IMG/VR virus record: IMGVR_UViG_3300025012_000003
Direction: 5' to 3' (one strand)
DNA length: 64,000 nucleotides
Source of the DNA: a virus
Shown: in pieces, positions 52,296-64,000 of the stretch
How the letters are laid out: each line of letters begins with the position of its first letter
Numbering within the stretch: the stretch's first letter is position 1
The notes under the pieces: model-generated
The model's database searches: none
Told to the model about the DNA's origin: nothing
What the model saw: the letters and a program-made list of their open reading frames with translations, nothing else
Position numbers and translations under genes: made by a program

Positions 52296-55200
52296 TTAAT
52301 CCGTTAATTCCCTAAGCACCTTATACTTATTAAGATGTCTATTTAACCCCTTCATGGTTCTAAACTCATAGATATTCCAGACGGAGCCATCTAAGCTATC
52401 TGCTATATCTTCTATCCAATCCCATAGACTATCATGACTTGTATAATCAGAACCTTTTATAATTAAATCATCCCCTAAGTTATATCTAGTATAGTTACCC
52501 CAACCGTCTGGGTCTGGCTCTCCTACTTCATAAACAAAGAACCTATTATCGTCTTCTGGATTAACAGGAACAGCTAAGTAGAATCTGTCAGGTCTTATAT
52601 TACATACGAGTTTCTTTATTTGTTTCATTCTGTCAACTCATTTATAAATCTATCTACTATGTCTCTTTTTCTTTGTTTACATACGGCTATCATATATCTA
52701 TATATAAACCAAGGAAATATTACAAATACTATTAAAAGAATGTATCTTTCATTCTCATAAATATCAAAGACATCTCTAAATATTAGATAGTCCCAAAGCT
52801 CATTACAAAAAGAAGGAGGAGAGTATATTCTTATAAAAATTATAAATGCTATGAAATTAAAAGTACAATATAATACAAAGATAAGTAGCATTATAAGTAA
52901 TATAGCAAATACTTCTTTCATTAGTTAGTAAGCTCTTTCATTAAATCAGCAGTTATAAACTTAATATTAAATTGTTCTAGGTCTTTAGAACAAGTTATCT
53001 TACCTTCCATAATAGCTTTCTGTATCTTACGTGTATATATTTCAAGATGCACTGGACATAAATCTATGTGTTCCCAGTCTGAAGTATACCTATCATAGTC
53101 CAAAGATTCTCCATGATAAAGTTGTATCTTTCTTACATATTCTATTTCATTACATTTATCACATCGTCTTATACTAACCATATCAGTCTCCTGTTAATTC
53201 TTGAATAAATACCATGTGCTCTACGTCCTCTTTATTCATCATTATTATTTTTATCTCTGTAGACATTTTTCTCTCTTTATCTTTTCCTGCTTTAAAGGCA
53301 TGATGCTTTTTGGAATATATTCTAGTTGTAAGAGGATAGAGAAGGGGTATATCTTTAAAATTAATCTGTTGCCATTTCCATCCCCACGCTCTGTCGACAA
53401 TCCTAGCCAATCTCATATAATAATCATTACCTTGATAACTTGTGTATTTTAAAACAAATACAGCCATATCAATCTCCTGTTAATTCTTTCATAGATAACA
53501 TTGCTCTATATTCTTCCATAGTCATTTTCTCTACCCTATGTGTTACATAGAACCTTATAAAACTATCCCCCAACTTCTCTGCGAAAGATAATGCCTCAGC
53601 CATAAATTCATCATCAGTGCTACCTCCTAGAACAGAATAATGTTCAAATTCTTTCTGAGTAGTAACTCCTCCTATATGATTTAACCAATAGAAGACAGTA
53701 ATTTTGAGAGGTATCTTCATGCTACTAATTCCCACATTGTTCTTACGGTATCTATATCTTCTGTTATTCTAGTTACTATCAGATGAGGATAAACTTCGTT
53801 GTTAAATATTGTAGGTTCGTCTAATTCAAAATCATGAGAGACTCTTCCATCTATCCACAATCCTTTTTCTATATCTCTAGCTAAGACTTCGAGTACGTTA
53901 GGAACTCCTCTGCCTAGCATACCTTTTGTTTGTAAATATCCAGAAGAAGTTTTAATTATGAAAAAGTAAACAGGGTCAGTCTCCGTGTAACTATCAAAAG
54001 CACAAGGGTTCTTAACCATCCATACATCTTCTATTTTAATTACTGTCATGTAGTTAATTCTCTCATCATTAGAAACTTATCAACATTATCTACTATCTCA
54101 ATTACTTTAAGTAGGTCTCTAGCTTTTATATAGGATTCATCCCCCTCTACAGATAGTACCATTCTACCATTCTTCATAACCTTTTTAACTTCAAGTTCTG
54201 TTTTGTTATCGAAGTTACCGTCAGTGTATATACACAAGGACACTATAAAGATATCTCCATGCCAGACATTATCACACATCCAGATACTGGGATGGAAGCC
54301 AGTGTTAGCCTCGATAAGATTCTCTATCTCATGAATATGTTTATATCTCTTATTAGTATTTGCTTTCCCAAAATCTTTATAGGTATCTAAAAGCTTACTG
54401 TGTAGTTGTCTTAACTTCTTGTCATACCAAGGATGTAAGTTTCCTTTCCTATCTGTTACGTAGGTAGGTAACTCTTCTTCTTTCTCTTCGGTTACACTTT
54501 CTCCTATAAATAGATTCTTAATATATTCTATTAAAGAAAAGTGTTCATTACAACAAGGACATTTCAACTTACAAGCTCCCTCATCATTATATACCTATCT
54601 ATCTCTGCTAAGTATTGTTCTTTAGTTCTGTACTCTTTTATTATATCATTATAGAATTTCTCGTGATTAGTTGTATAAGAAGATTGTAATCTATTACCAA
54701 CTACAGTAAGAATCTTTCCTCTCTGTAAATCGTGAGAGTCGTATACAAAAGAATAAGCGAAGGCTCCTTGAATAAATCCCTCAGCTTCCCAATAAATAAA
54801 GGAACACTCGGGGGAATTATAATCAGTGTTAAGACACCGTGATATTTTAAAGTACCTAGTCTTACTCATCATAAGATTAATTCTCTCATTATTTTTCTTT
54901 TATCGGTTTCTTCTTTCATTTGTTCCCAAGTTATCTGTTCTATGATAACTCCTTCTACTCTTTCCCACCAATCTATATCCATGTATCTCCAACAAGAGTC
55001 GTCCCATTTTAAATCTGTAGGATGAAAATCTCTAGGATTAATATGGTTCTCTGTGTATATCTCATCCATGTGTAGGAGACAATCTTTTATATCACCATAC
55101 TCCTTTGGAATATTATAAATTTTATAGTATCTGCTTTCTATAAAAGTTGGCATTATCCTACTAACTCTTTCATCATAACATACTTTTCTATTTCTTGCAA

Positions 55201-58200
55201 GTACTCTTCTTCAGATTTATATTCTTCTAAATAACTATGAACTGTAGTAGTTGTTCCGTAAGCTCCCCGTTCCACGAACTGTACTGCATCTACTGTCTCA
55301 CATCTTTTAGCTATAGTGTTCGTACATTTACAATGAACTCGTCTTTCGAAATCATATACATAAAGTATATCACCAATTATATAAATCATAGAGATACCAC
55401 CAGAACAATGTTTATCTCTCCAAGACATCAGAGGTAATTTGTAATACTGAATCATGATACGAGTTCCTGCATCATTAAATAATTATCAACTTCATAATCT
55501 TCTATCTCGTAGAAAGCATCTGGAAAAAACATAACATCCTTATCTGTAACAAGGTCATGAAATATTAACAGATTCTTATGTACTTCTGCTGAGGAAGCTA
55601 CTCCCCATCTTAAAAACTTTAACACTGTATATTTCTGTATACTGGGGTTGGTGTAATACAGGTAATGTTTTCCTGTTATGCACTTATCAGTTCTCTTTAG
55701 TTGTCTCATCCAACTAGTTCCTCTATCATTAATCTATTTTGGAATTCACCCCAAGTTATTTCTTCAGGTATCAGTTCTTTCTTATCTAACCAATTAGTAA
55801 ACTCAAGCACGGTGTAGAACCTAGTTCTCTGCCATTCTTTATGTTCTACATCCCATACTTGTATCATAGTATCGTTTGGTTTCTTTGTATAATAAATAGT
55901 ATAAAATCTATAATAGATAGTACGGATACTTCCATAGCTATGCAATGAATTAAAATGAACTCTAAAGTATCTAGCAATATTTACCAAGCTAACTCCTTCA
56001 TCATCAATACAGCTTCAAATTCTTCTGTGGGAATTTGTTCTATCTTATATTGAAAAGCTTCAGCTACTCTTATCATCTCCGCTTCATCTACAAAAGAAAC
56101 AGTAGACCAACAATCTTTATAGTTACCATCATAAAAGCTAATAAGATTATTGTCTCTTACTCTGTAGATGTCATCCGTATTATTATCTGTATTTGTAACT
56201 CTGAAATACTTAGTCATGAAATAAGTTCTTCCATTATTAAAGTTGATTTGAATTCATCAGGGGTGATTTCGGTTAGGATATAATTCTCAGGATATCTACG
56301 AGCACAACCTACCACAGCCTCTGCGTTGGGAATTATAGTAGTATCCCACCAGCCTCTCTTCTTATTATATATCTGTGCTTTATCATTGTCAACACATTTA
56401 TAGTAATCTGTTACATTTGTATACTTCTTATAAACTTTAAAGTATCTTGTCATGATACAAGTTCCTTTATCATTCTCTCTGAGAGATATTCCTTCTCGTC
56501 TAAGAGATATATTTTTCTGAACATATACTCATGAAACCTATTAGATATTCTTAGGTCAGCGTTTATTAGATTAGATATATTTGAATGGAAGTTGACATTA
56601 TATAGTAGCTCTAAGAATTGGTCTATCTCTTTCGCACTGGAAGTTCTAAAGTCTATATATACTTTCTTCTGTATGTTGAAAGAACTCGTTATAACCCAGT
56701 ATCTTTTTATACTCCAAAAGAACCATCTTATTATAAAATGATTATGCTTTTTAAATACCGAAAAGATATTAAAGATACTTGATTTATTGTCTACTTCAAT
56801 CATAATACAAGTTCCCTCATAATAGAATATTTATCTATTTCTTGTAAATACTCTTCTTGGGTTTCATACATTTCAACAATAGGAAATTTGAACTCCCTAT
56901 TCAAATTAAGAATATATACATGAAAATTATTATCTTTTATATAAGCCCGAGACTTTCTAGCTTCCCTACGTTGCCCAGGATATCTATGTTCTTTCATTTT
57001 AAAATTGTAACCCGAGTCTCGGTCTCCTTCAAGAGTCATGAAAGAAACTCCACAAGTATTAAATTGTTCATTAGGAAGTCCTTTTATTTTTAAGTATTGT
57101 ATCACGATATTAGTTCCTCCATAGCCAACATTGCCCTATACTCTTCTTCTGTATACCATTTTAATTCAAAGACACTCTTAGGATAATCATCTAATATTTT
57201 ATCTAAAGTACTACCAGTTTTAAACCAAGAGTTCCTATCATAATAAAGATTGCATTCCCAATAATCTTTATTAGTATGGCGGAAAACCATACCTATCTCT
57301 TTCTCATGATAGTTTCTTATTGTTAGATAAGTGTTCACTTAGTTAGTTCCTCCATGAATAAGAACTTATCCAATTCCTCTTCGGAGTCTAATTCCCAGAG
57401 AGACATATCGTGAGACAGGTAATTCCATTTGACAAACCACTTATGTAAATTCATTCGAAGAGTAGAATCCGTAGCTTCAGAAGTATGCCATGTCTTTCTA
57501 TTCCTAGTACTGGTAAGATGCTTGTAGTAGAAGTTACCTATAGGAATAAACACATGTAAGTTCTCCGTAATAAAAGTTTCTCCCAGACATACTAAATATA
57601 TCTTTCCGTACTCAATATTAAATGTATGATGTATGTTACCTAAGTTTCTCAAGTGGTCAACTCCTGCATGAATAAAAAGTTATCGAGTTCTTCTTTAGTT
57701 ACTTCTCTTATACTTAAGAATCTTTTATCGTGTTGAGCATTTCCAAGATACCAATCCGACATTACCCATTCATTAGATTTAATCATTAGCTCTCTCCATC
57801 TATAGTATCTCTTATGAACTCCTATCCTAAAGAATCTATATCTAGGAGTCTTCCTATACCCATCAAATAATGTTATGAAATATTTATATTTCATGAAACT
57901 AATTCCCTCATAGTTTCATATACTGGAATCAATGAAAGGTCTTTCCTGAATCCTCTTCTTAGTAGATTCATTATGAATCTACTAGGATTTTCTAATCTAA
58001 CTTTTATCTTGTCTACTCCTCCAAATGGGTCTGGTATCAAGAAATCATTATCATCATCGAACCAGTCCTCTACCATCCAAGCAGGGGCTACCACATATAA
58101 CCTATCTACTAAGAAGTATTCAATGGGCTTTAGGGGTAGGGGATTCTCAGGGTTAATACAATTTAATAATTCCATATTAAGATAGGGTTCATTGTAGAAT

Positions 58201-61200
58201 AGAACACGAGTATCTTCTTTTGTATATACAATTGATAACTTCATTCAACAAGTTCCTGTAGCATTATAGTTTTCATGGCTTTCTCTTCTGTAATTTTATG
58301 ACCAGCCACTCCGCCTACGGATAAGTTCCACTCTCCATTATACCAGTACTCTAATCTTTTTTCAATACAATCATACCGATATATTAAGGGATTGTAAAAT
58401 TCTTGTGTTGTATAGAAATACCTAAAGGTCATGATACTAGTTCCCTCATGCACCTTAATTTATCATACTCTTCTTTTGTTTCTATTTGATAAACATCATA
58501 TTTATCAAATATACATTTACCATTTTTCTTGAGATAGTAAAGAAGTTCTTTTACCATTTGCCTACCCATTATTCTATAGTATGTTCTTTTCTTATTAAAT
58601 AGATAGAAAACAGGAGGATGGGGAGGAGTTAAACGATTAGATAAATCTTCTTCTTCAATTATTGGTATCATACTATCAACTCCATCATGTATTCCAAGGT
58701 CTCATAATCTTCAGCCTCTGCCAGTACTTCATAACCATATTCAAGAAAATAGTGTTCTGGTTTAAGTTCTAGTCTTCTAGGTAACGTAAGCCAACCATAT
58801 TCTTTCCTGTGGATGTCGTAGTAATAGTTATAGGTACCGTCTCCATTTAGTCCTAGGGTTAATCTACATATAGATATATCTAAGTTATTTTTAACATACT
58901 TATAACTATCCTTAACAAGATAGAATCTCTTTCCAGATTCTTCATAAGCTTTGAGGTTTCCAAAAGAATCTTCTCCTATAAAATGTTTCATGAGATGAGT
59001 TCCTTCATATACTTAAGCTTTGTCTTCTCTTCTTCAGACTCTATCTCGTAGATATCATACAAATCAAAGAACCCAGAATACCCTTTAAGAAACGAGCCGT
59101 CATCATAAGTCAACCTATAGGAAGTCCATTTCATTATCCTCTTCTTATTAGTTATACTTATATAACCATCTTTCTTTCGGATAGTATAATATTGTTTCTT
59201 ATATTTGATATCAGCCTTATTAAATATTTGTATCATACTTCTTTACCTTTTCTATGAAATCTTCTCTCCCGTCCACATCATCTAGCATGAGAGAAGAAAG
59301 TTGATTCCTCTGTTCGGGTGTCATCTTATTGTAGTTGCTCAAACATTGCATTTCAATATCTTTAATCTGTTTTTCAATCTCTAAGATATCGTCTATTAAT
59401 TTGTTAGCTTCATTTTCAAAATTCATGATGTCAACTCCTTCATAGTTAAATAAGTTAAAGTTTCTTCTTCTGTTATAGTTGTTATGATACCTCCGAAAGT
59501 TCCAAAACATCTTATTAAATCTTCTTCATCTACATAGTGAGTACTGAGCCACTTCCCTATTTCAGGAACATAAGCTTCTACTGTTTTAATACCTTCTGGG
59601 TCATATCTAAAATACCTATTTCTACTGGAACTAAAATATTTTATCATGATACTAATTCTACCATAAACATTAACTTTTGGAGATGCTCTAAATTCTTGGC
59701 TCCCGTTATATCATAAATTATTATATTATTTTCTTCATGATATCTTCTTAAGGGAGGTTGACTATGGCTGGAATGTTCTCCACCTTTTAAATAGTTATCG
59801 TAGGCTTTCTTAATACTTTTATCCTCGGGGTATTCAAGATATTTATTCCGCTTATAAGATACTATTTTATACCTGCTAGATTTTGCAAACCTATGTTCAT
59901 ATAAGTATAATTTTTTCATGATACTAATTCTACCATAAATATTTTAGTTTGTCTAGCTACAGTTTCTTTTTCTATTACATCAGCTATAGCCCTAGTGATA
60001 ACTTTGGGAAGACTATCTCTGTGGCTCTGTTCCATTCTCGGACTATAGTATAATCTATCCCAACTACGGACTTCATTGAACAAGTACTCCATAGTATAAG
60101 TACCTTTTCTTCTATCAACAAGTCTTAAGTTACGTACTGCGAGTTCATTACCTTTATTAAATAGATAGTATCTACTTGTCTCAGCTATAAGATTATATTC
60201 GTTTATAACAGTATATTCGTTTGACATAGTTAATACCTTTTCCAATAATCATAAAGTAATATAAACATTCCACATAGTTTACAAAAGAATCTGTAGCTTA
60301 TAGTTATCTCATATATTCTTTTGTTGAATAAAATAAACACCTGTACTATTTGAAAGCAACTAGCATTACTAATTTTAAAATCATATCCTCGGGCATACTT
60401 TATTTTATAATCTTTTAAAGTCATTCTCTGTATGAATTCAGCAGACTCAGATTGCCCTTCTGGAAATAATTTCCCTGTATGGAAATTAATGAATCCTAAT
60501 TTAATAAAGAAAATATCTTTATATGTATAGTATTCCAATATGTTTTTAATTAATACTTTCATATCATTCCTAACTAACTTTAGATAAGTATCTTATATGG
60601 AACTTCTGGATGTTATATCCTCCAGCATAGATAGCTTGAGTTACCAGAGTTCTTTCTAATCCAAAAGGTTTCTTAATCTTAAATGTTCCTACCAAGTTTC
60701 CTTTACTTAATGCTATGTCAACGGTTTGTACTTCGTTTATTTCTACACCATCGAAATGTTTAAGAGTGGACTGGAGTAACTTGTATCTTGAATTAAGTAT
60801 TGATTCGGTAACAGTCATGTCAATGAATCTATCAAGTTGTTTTCTGTTATGTGCTTCTATTAATTCTTTGTTAGGTTCTCCGTAGTAACCATGAGTTCTT
60901 TTTCCGTCATGCTTCTTTATACCTAATTGTTGTAAAGTATACCAACATGATTTATAGAACTCTTTATTAAAATGACTTACTTTTAATTGTAGCAATTGAA
61001 AATCATGTGGGGAATAATACTCAGAAGTATTTAAGAACTCTCTGTACTTTAATTCCCAATAAGCTTTTATGTCTTGAGCCATCTCATCTTCTTTAACTTT
61101 AAAAGAAGAAGTCATCTTTTCGATAAGCTCTTCGTTCAATTGTTTCTTAGTCTTATCTATTTTATTAGAAAGCTTTTCGTTATTTCTTCTTATATCATCT

Positions 61201-63597
61201 AACATAATAAACTCCTATTGCTTAACCTCATAATATAAATATATCATGAATGCAGTAAGAGTTCAAGTGTGTTAAACAATCTTTGTTACATTAGTTTACA
61301 AGTTCGTGCATAGTAAGTATTCTAGTAACTTCATCCTCGTCTGTTATTATTTTAAGACCTACAGGAAATTCATCTATTATATTTTCTAATGTCTTTCCCA
61401 TAGTATGTATGGGACATAAGTATTCTTTACTATCCCCCGTCAAATATCTATAATGGATATTATCTTCTCCATAAAAATACACACGGGAAAGAGCGGGGTT
61501 ATAAGGAATATCTACTATAAGTCTCTTTAGCATTTAACTTACTAACTCCTTAAGAACAAGAGCACTATTAAATTCTTCTTCTGATAATTCTTGTACTATG
61601 TTTAACTTTTTATACAAATCCTGTATGTCATCACAGAAAGCTCCAATGTGCCTATCATAGTATTGAAATAAAACATATCCTCTAGGAACAGCTAACTGAT
61701 GAGGACAGAACTTAACATACTCAAAAAGATTAGAGGGTGTTACAACCTTAAAGTATCTGGGTTTAGTGTATTCAAGATACAAATTCCTCATCCTTTTATT
61801 CTTTCCGCCAGTTCTATTATCTCTTTGTTGAATTCATTCTTACATTCTCCAGAACAGATGTGGAGTTTAGCTTTACTTATCCGAAAAGTTATCCAGTCGT
61901 TATCTCTAATAGCATCTATTATATCTTGAGGGCATGGCTCATGAGGAGTCTCTATATGTTTACCGCACTGGTCGCAATAGATTCTGTATAGGTATTCATC
62001 GTCGTCAAAAACTATCATAAGTAATAACCTCCTTAGTCTCTAAATCAAAAACAAAGTATTCCAACGAGAATAAAGTAAAATCAGAAACTGGAGATTTATC
62101 TATAAATCTTATAGCGTAAGATACTTGCCTAATAAATCTTTTTAATGATTTCCCTGTATGAACATGATTCCTAGATGTTGGAAATATAGTTCCAACATAG
62201 TATAAATTATCTTCCACTATATCTTCATCATAATAAAGCCTGTTCATTTATATCTGCTCCATCTTCTTCAGGTTCTCGTCAGACTGTCTCTTGTCTTTAA
62301 GTCCAGTTCCTATAAACACTTGTGCTCCGTAGGTTTCATCGTAACCTATGAATAGTAATTCTCTTTTCTTTAAGTCTTCTTGTTTTGACATTAGTTTATT
62401 AACTCCTTCATGCACTTGTATATTTCTGCTTCTTCCTGCGTAGCCTTCTGGAATTCCTTTCCATTCTTTTGGATACCGTAATCTAACAGGTCTCTTAGTC
62501 CCGCTTCTGATACATCACTCCACATAGTAACAGAGAATCCATTGAAGTAAAATTGTTTCTTAGTAGCTACATCTCTTATAGTCCATGCTCCTCTTCGACA
62601 TTCGTGGAATGTCTCGTCATAATAAACTTCTACTATACTATCGTTAATCTTATAGTACATTAGTTTAATAGCTCCTGTAGCATTAGGATTGAATCTATCT
62701 TATCTTCTGAGTTCAACATTCCTCTTACTTCCTCAGTAATATTTTCGTCCTTTAGAAACTTCTCCAGTGTATCATAGTAATAGAATTGTAATTCTTTAAA
62801 AAGACTGCTTCTTATCCTAGAGATTATGAACGGATGATTCTTTGTATCAGTTTCCGAATAGCCGTAGTAATCAGAATCATATTCATCTACTATATCAAAG
62901 CTTCCTCTACTAAATTTTATTTTCCATTTATTCTTACCTCTCCAGTAAGGGTCATGATACTTAGATACTACAAACTCTTCATTAGTATCATGTAGTTCTT
63001 TAATCTTATTGTAGCATATTATTACTAAAGCATCAAGTAGTTTGTAACTAAATCTTATCTTATCGGCTTCTTCTTTTATTAACTCAGGATTATCAATTGC
63101 ATCTTTAAGCATACCTCGTAGAGAACTGTGGCTCCTACAGTTCTCTTCTATTAAAAGTATGTCGGCTATTACTTCTGAGTTAGTGTAATCCATTAGTTTA
63201 CAAGTTCTTCCATAACTTTAGGTGCGTTCATTATACTATCAACTTCTTCTCTTCTACGAGAACAATCAAAACATCCTACGTAAGTTATTCTACAGTAGAC
63301 TTTAACTATAGCTGTAACAACTCCGTCTATGTTTTCGTATGTTAGTACATTGCTTGTACTAGCTTGGTCGTATTCTATATTAACACAAGCATAACCAGCA
63401 CTGAAATCTTTAACGTGGTTTCTTAACTCTTCATTCTGTAAACTGGAATGGTAGTAAACATTCTCCACTACTAAATCTCTAAAGGTAATTTCATTATCTG
63501 TCTTAGCAATACATTGTACTGAAGTTCCTCTTGCGGGAATGCGTTCTCTCTTTTTTCTAGTCGTCATACTTTTACCAGAACCTTTTATAGCAATCAT
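52296..63597 (-). CDS. Densest array of small ORFs: 32 end in the MxEL[VIT]x tail
   Basis: ORF track; near-continuous run 52296-60245 plus 61291, 61534, 62391, 62660, 63193. Confidence 0.85.
60570..61205 (-). CDS. Conserved-looking phage hypothetical protein
   Basis: 211 aa; C-terminal TQAIYAGGYNIQKFHIRYL; own promoter cassette. Confidence 0.6.
   Translation of the reverse strand: MLDDIRRNNEKLSNKIDKTKKQLNEELIEKMTSSFKVKEDEMAQDIKAYWELKYREFLNTSEYYSPHDFQLLQLKVSHFNKEFYKSCWYTLQQLGIKKHDGKRTHGYYGEPNKELIEAHNRKQLDRFIDMTVTESILNSRYKLLQSTLKHFDGVEINEVQTVDIALSKGNLVGTFKIKKPFGLERTLVTQAIYAGGYNIQKFHIRYLSKVS
61210..61292 (-). promoter_or_regulatory. sigma70 promoter with conserved leader and TTGTTACA box
   Basis: TTGAAC 61266-61261, 17 bp, TATATT; leader GAGGTTAAGCAATAGGAG. 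Confidence 0.6.
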
Positions 63598-63599
63598 AG

Positions 63600-63693
63600 A
63601 TGTCTCCTTGTCTTAACCTTATATATTTAGTATAACAAAAGAGGCACCATAAGTCTAGTGTCTCTTTAGTATTTATTAAGTTATTGTTACAAT
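63600..63693 (-). promoter_or_regulatory. Terminator/promoter cassette
   Basis: AAAGAGACAC-TAGACTTATG-GTGCCTCTTT hairpin; -35 63657-63652, 17 bp, TATACT; leader AAGGTTAAGACAAGGAGA; ATTGTTACAAT box 63683-63693. Confidence 0.75.
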
Positions 63694-63694
63694 G

Positions 63695-63982
63695 TTATCT
63701 ACAAGTATATCCTATAACTCTTCCGAGCTGGTCGGTGATTGGAACATAACCTCCTTGTTCTAAGATGTAAGTTGTTCCATAGAGATGGGGTACTACACAT
63801 CCTGTCGGTTGATATACTTGAACTGGGACAGGGTAATAATTGGTCTGGGGATAATAAGCTTGAGGTTGGGATGCACCTATGATTGTAGTAGGAGCATAGT
63901 TAAGTGATAAGGAATTCCCTCTGGCATAAGAAGCCTGAGTAAATCCTAACACGATAAGTAAACTAAGTAATATTCTTTTCAT
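63695..63982 (-). CDS. Small secreted Pro/Tyr-rich protein
   Basis: Sec signal MKRILLSLLIVLGFTQASYA; QPQAYYPQTNYYPVPV. Confidence 0.65.
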   Translation of the reverse strand: MKRILLSLLIVLGFTQASYARGNSLSLNYAPTTIIGASQPQAYYPQTNYYPVPVQVYQPTGCVVPHLYGTTYILEQGGYVPITDQLGRVIGYTCR

Positions 63983-64000
63983 CTATGTCTCCTTATATAA

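Noticed and set aside
52296-60245. Integron-like cassette array with attC sites
   Set aside because: Genes overlap directly with no intergenic palindromes, the junction DNA is too degenerate, and there is no integrase in the window.
669-61929. All plus-strand ORFs in the track
   Set aside because: They are antisense shadows of well-supported minus-strand genes, with F/L/I/S-biased composition and no clear SD or promoters.
226-63597. The C-terminal motif being only a by-product of Shine-Dalgarno plus ATGA translational coupling
   Set aside because: It contributes, but it does not explain the Met/hydrophobic and Leu conservation, the synonymous variation, SD-less copies, copies on operon-terminal genes, or the upstream acidic helix.
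226-63597. Motif equated with the Hsp90 MEEVD/TPR ligand or a Dot/Icm E-block secretion signal
   Set aside because: Superficial resemblance only; no TPR or secretion partner is visible in the window.
1-64000. Stop-codon reassignment
   Set aside because: TAA, TGA and TAG all end genes right at coupled starts, gene density is high under code 11, and there is no suppressor tRNA.
1-64000. DGR or retron as the source of small-ORF diversity
   Set aside because: No reverse transcriptase and no template/variable repeat pair with A-specific mismatches seen in this window.

Overview
This is a 64-kb, AT-rich segment of a large (probably jumbo, myovirus-like) phage genome. It is an accessory region, and no capsid, terminase or polymerase core gene is visible. 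Essentially all real genes are on the minus strand in tightly coupled operons (ATGA/TAATG overlaps, standard genetic code). The plus-strand ORFs look like shadows. Recognisable genes are a type IV pilin-like protein, LemA-like, Pth2, an ABC-ATPase/GNAT fusion, AdoMetDC, ferredoxin, GroES, DUF488-like, ART-fold, PD-(D/E)xK, Imm5-like, HNH and one beta-helix-type structural protein. RNA genes are a 15-tRNA array, a lone tRNA-Trp, a circularly permuted two-piece tmRNA and 2-3 candidate structured ncRNAs. The main unexplained signal is two mutually exclusive terminal peptide motifs. About 85 small, largely unrelated proteins in sigma70-promoter operons end in the same acidic helix plus [MIL]-x-E-L-[VIT]-x-stop. 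About 13 others, mostly behind a different AT-rich late-type promoter motif, start with a basic amphipathic M-[SF]-x-K-K-I-x-K-I-x-E leader resembling a capsid-targeting sequence. Also notable are repeated terminator/promoter cassettes with a helically phased palindromic box, and stand-alone mini-proteins resembling pieces of DNA Pol I and AlaRS. The pilin style and tmRNA tag hint at a host in the Cyanobacteriota/Melainabacteria lineage (inference). All family assignments are by eye; no database search was run.
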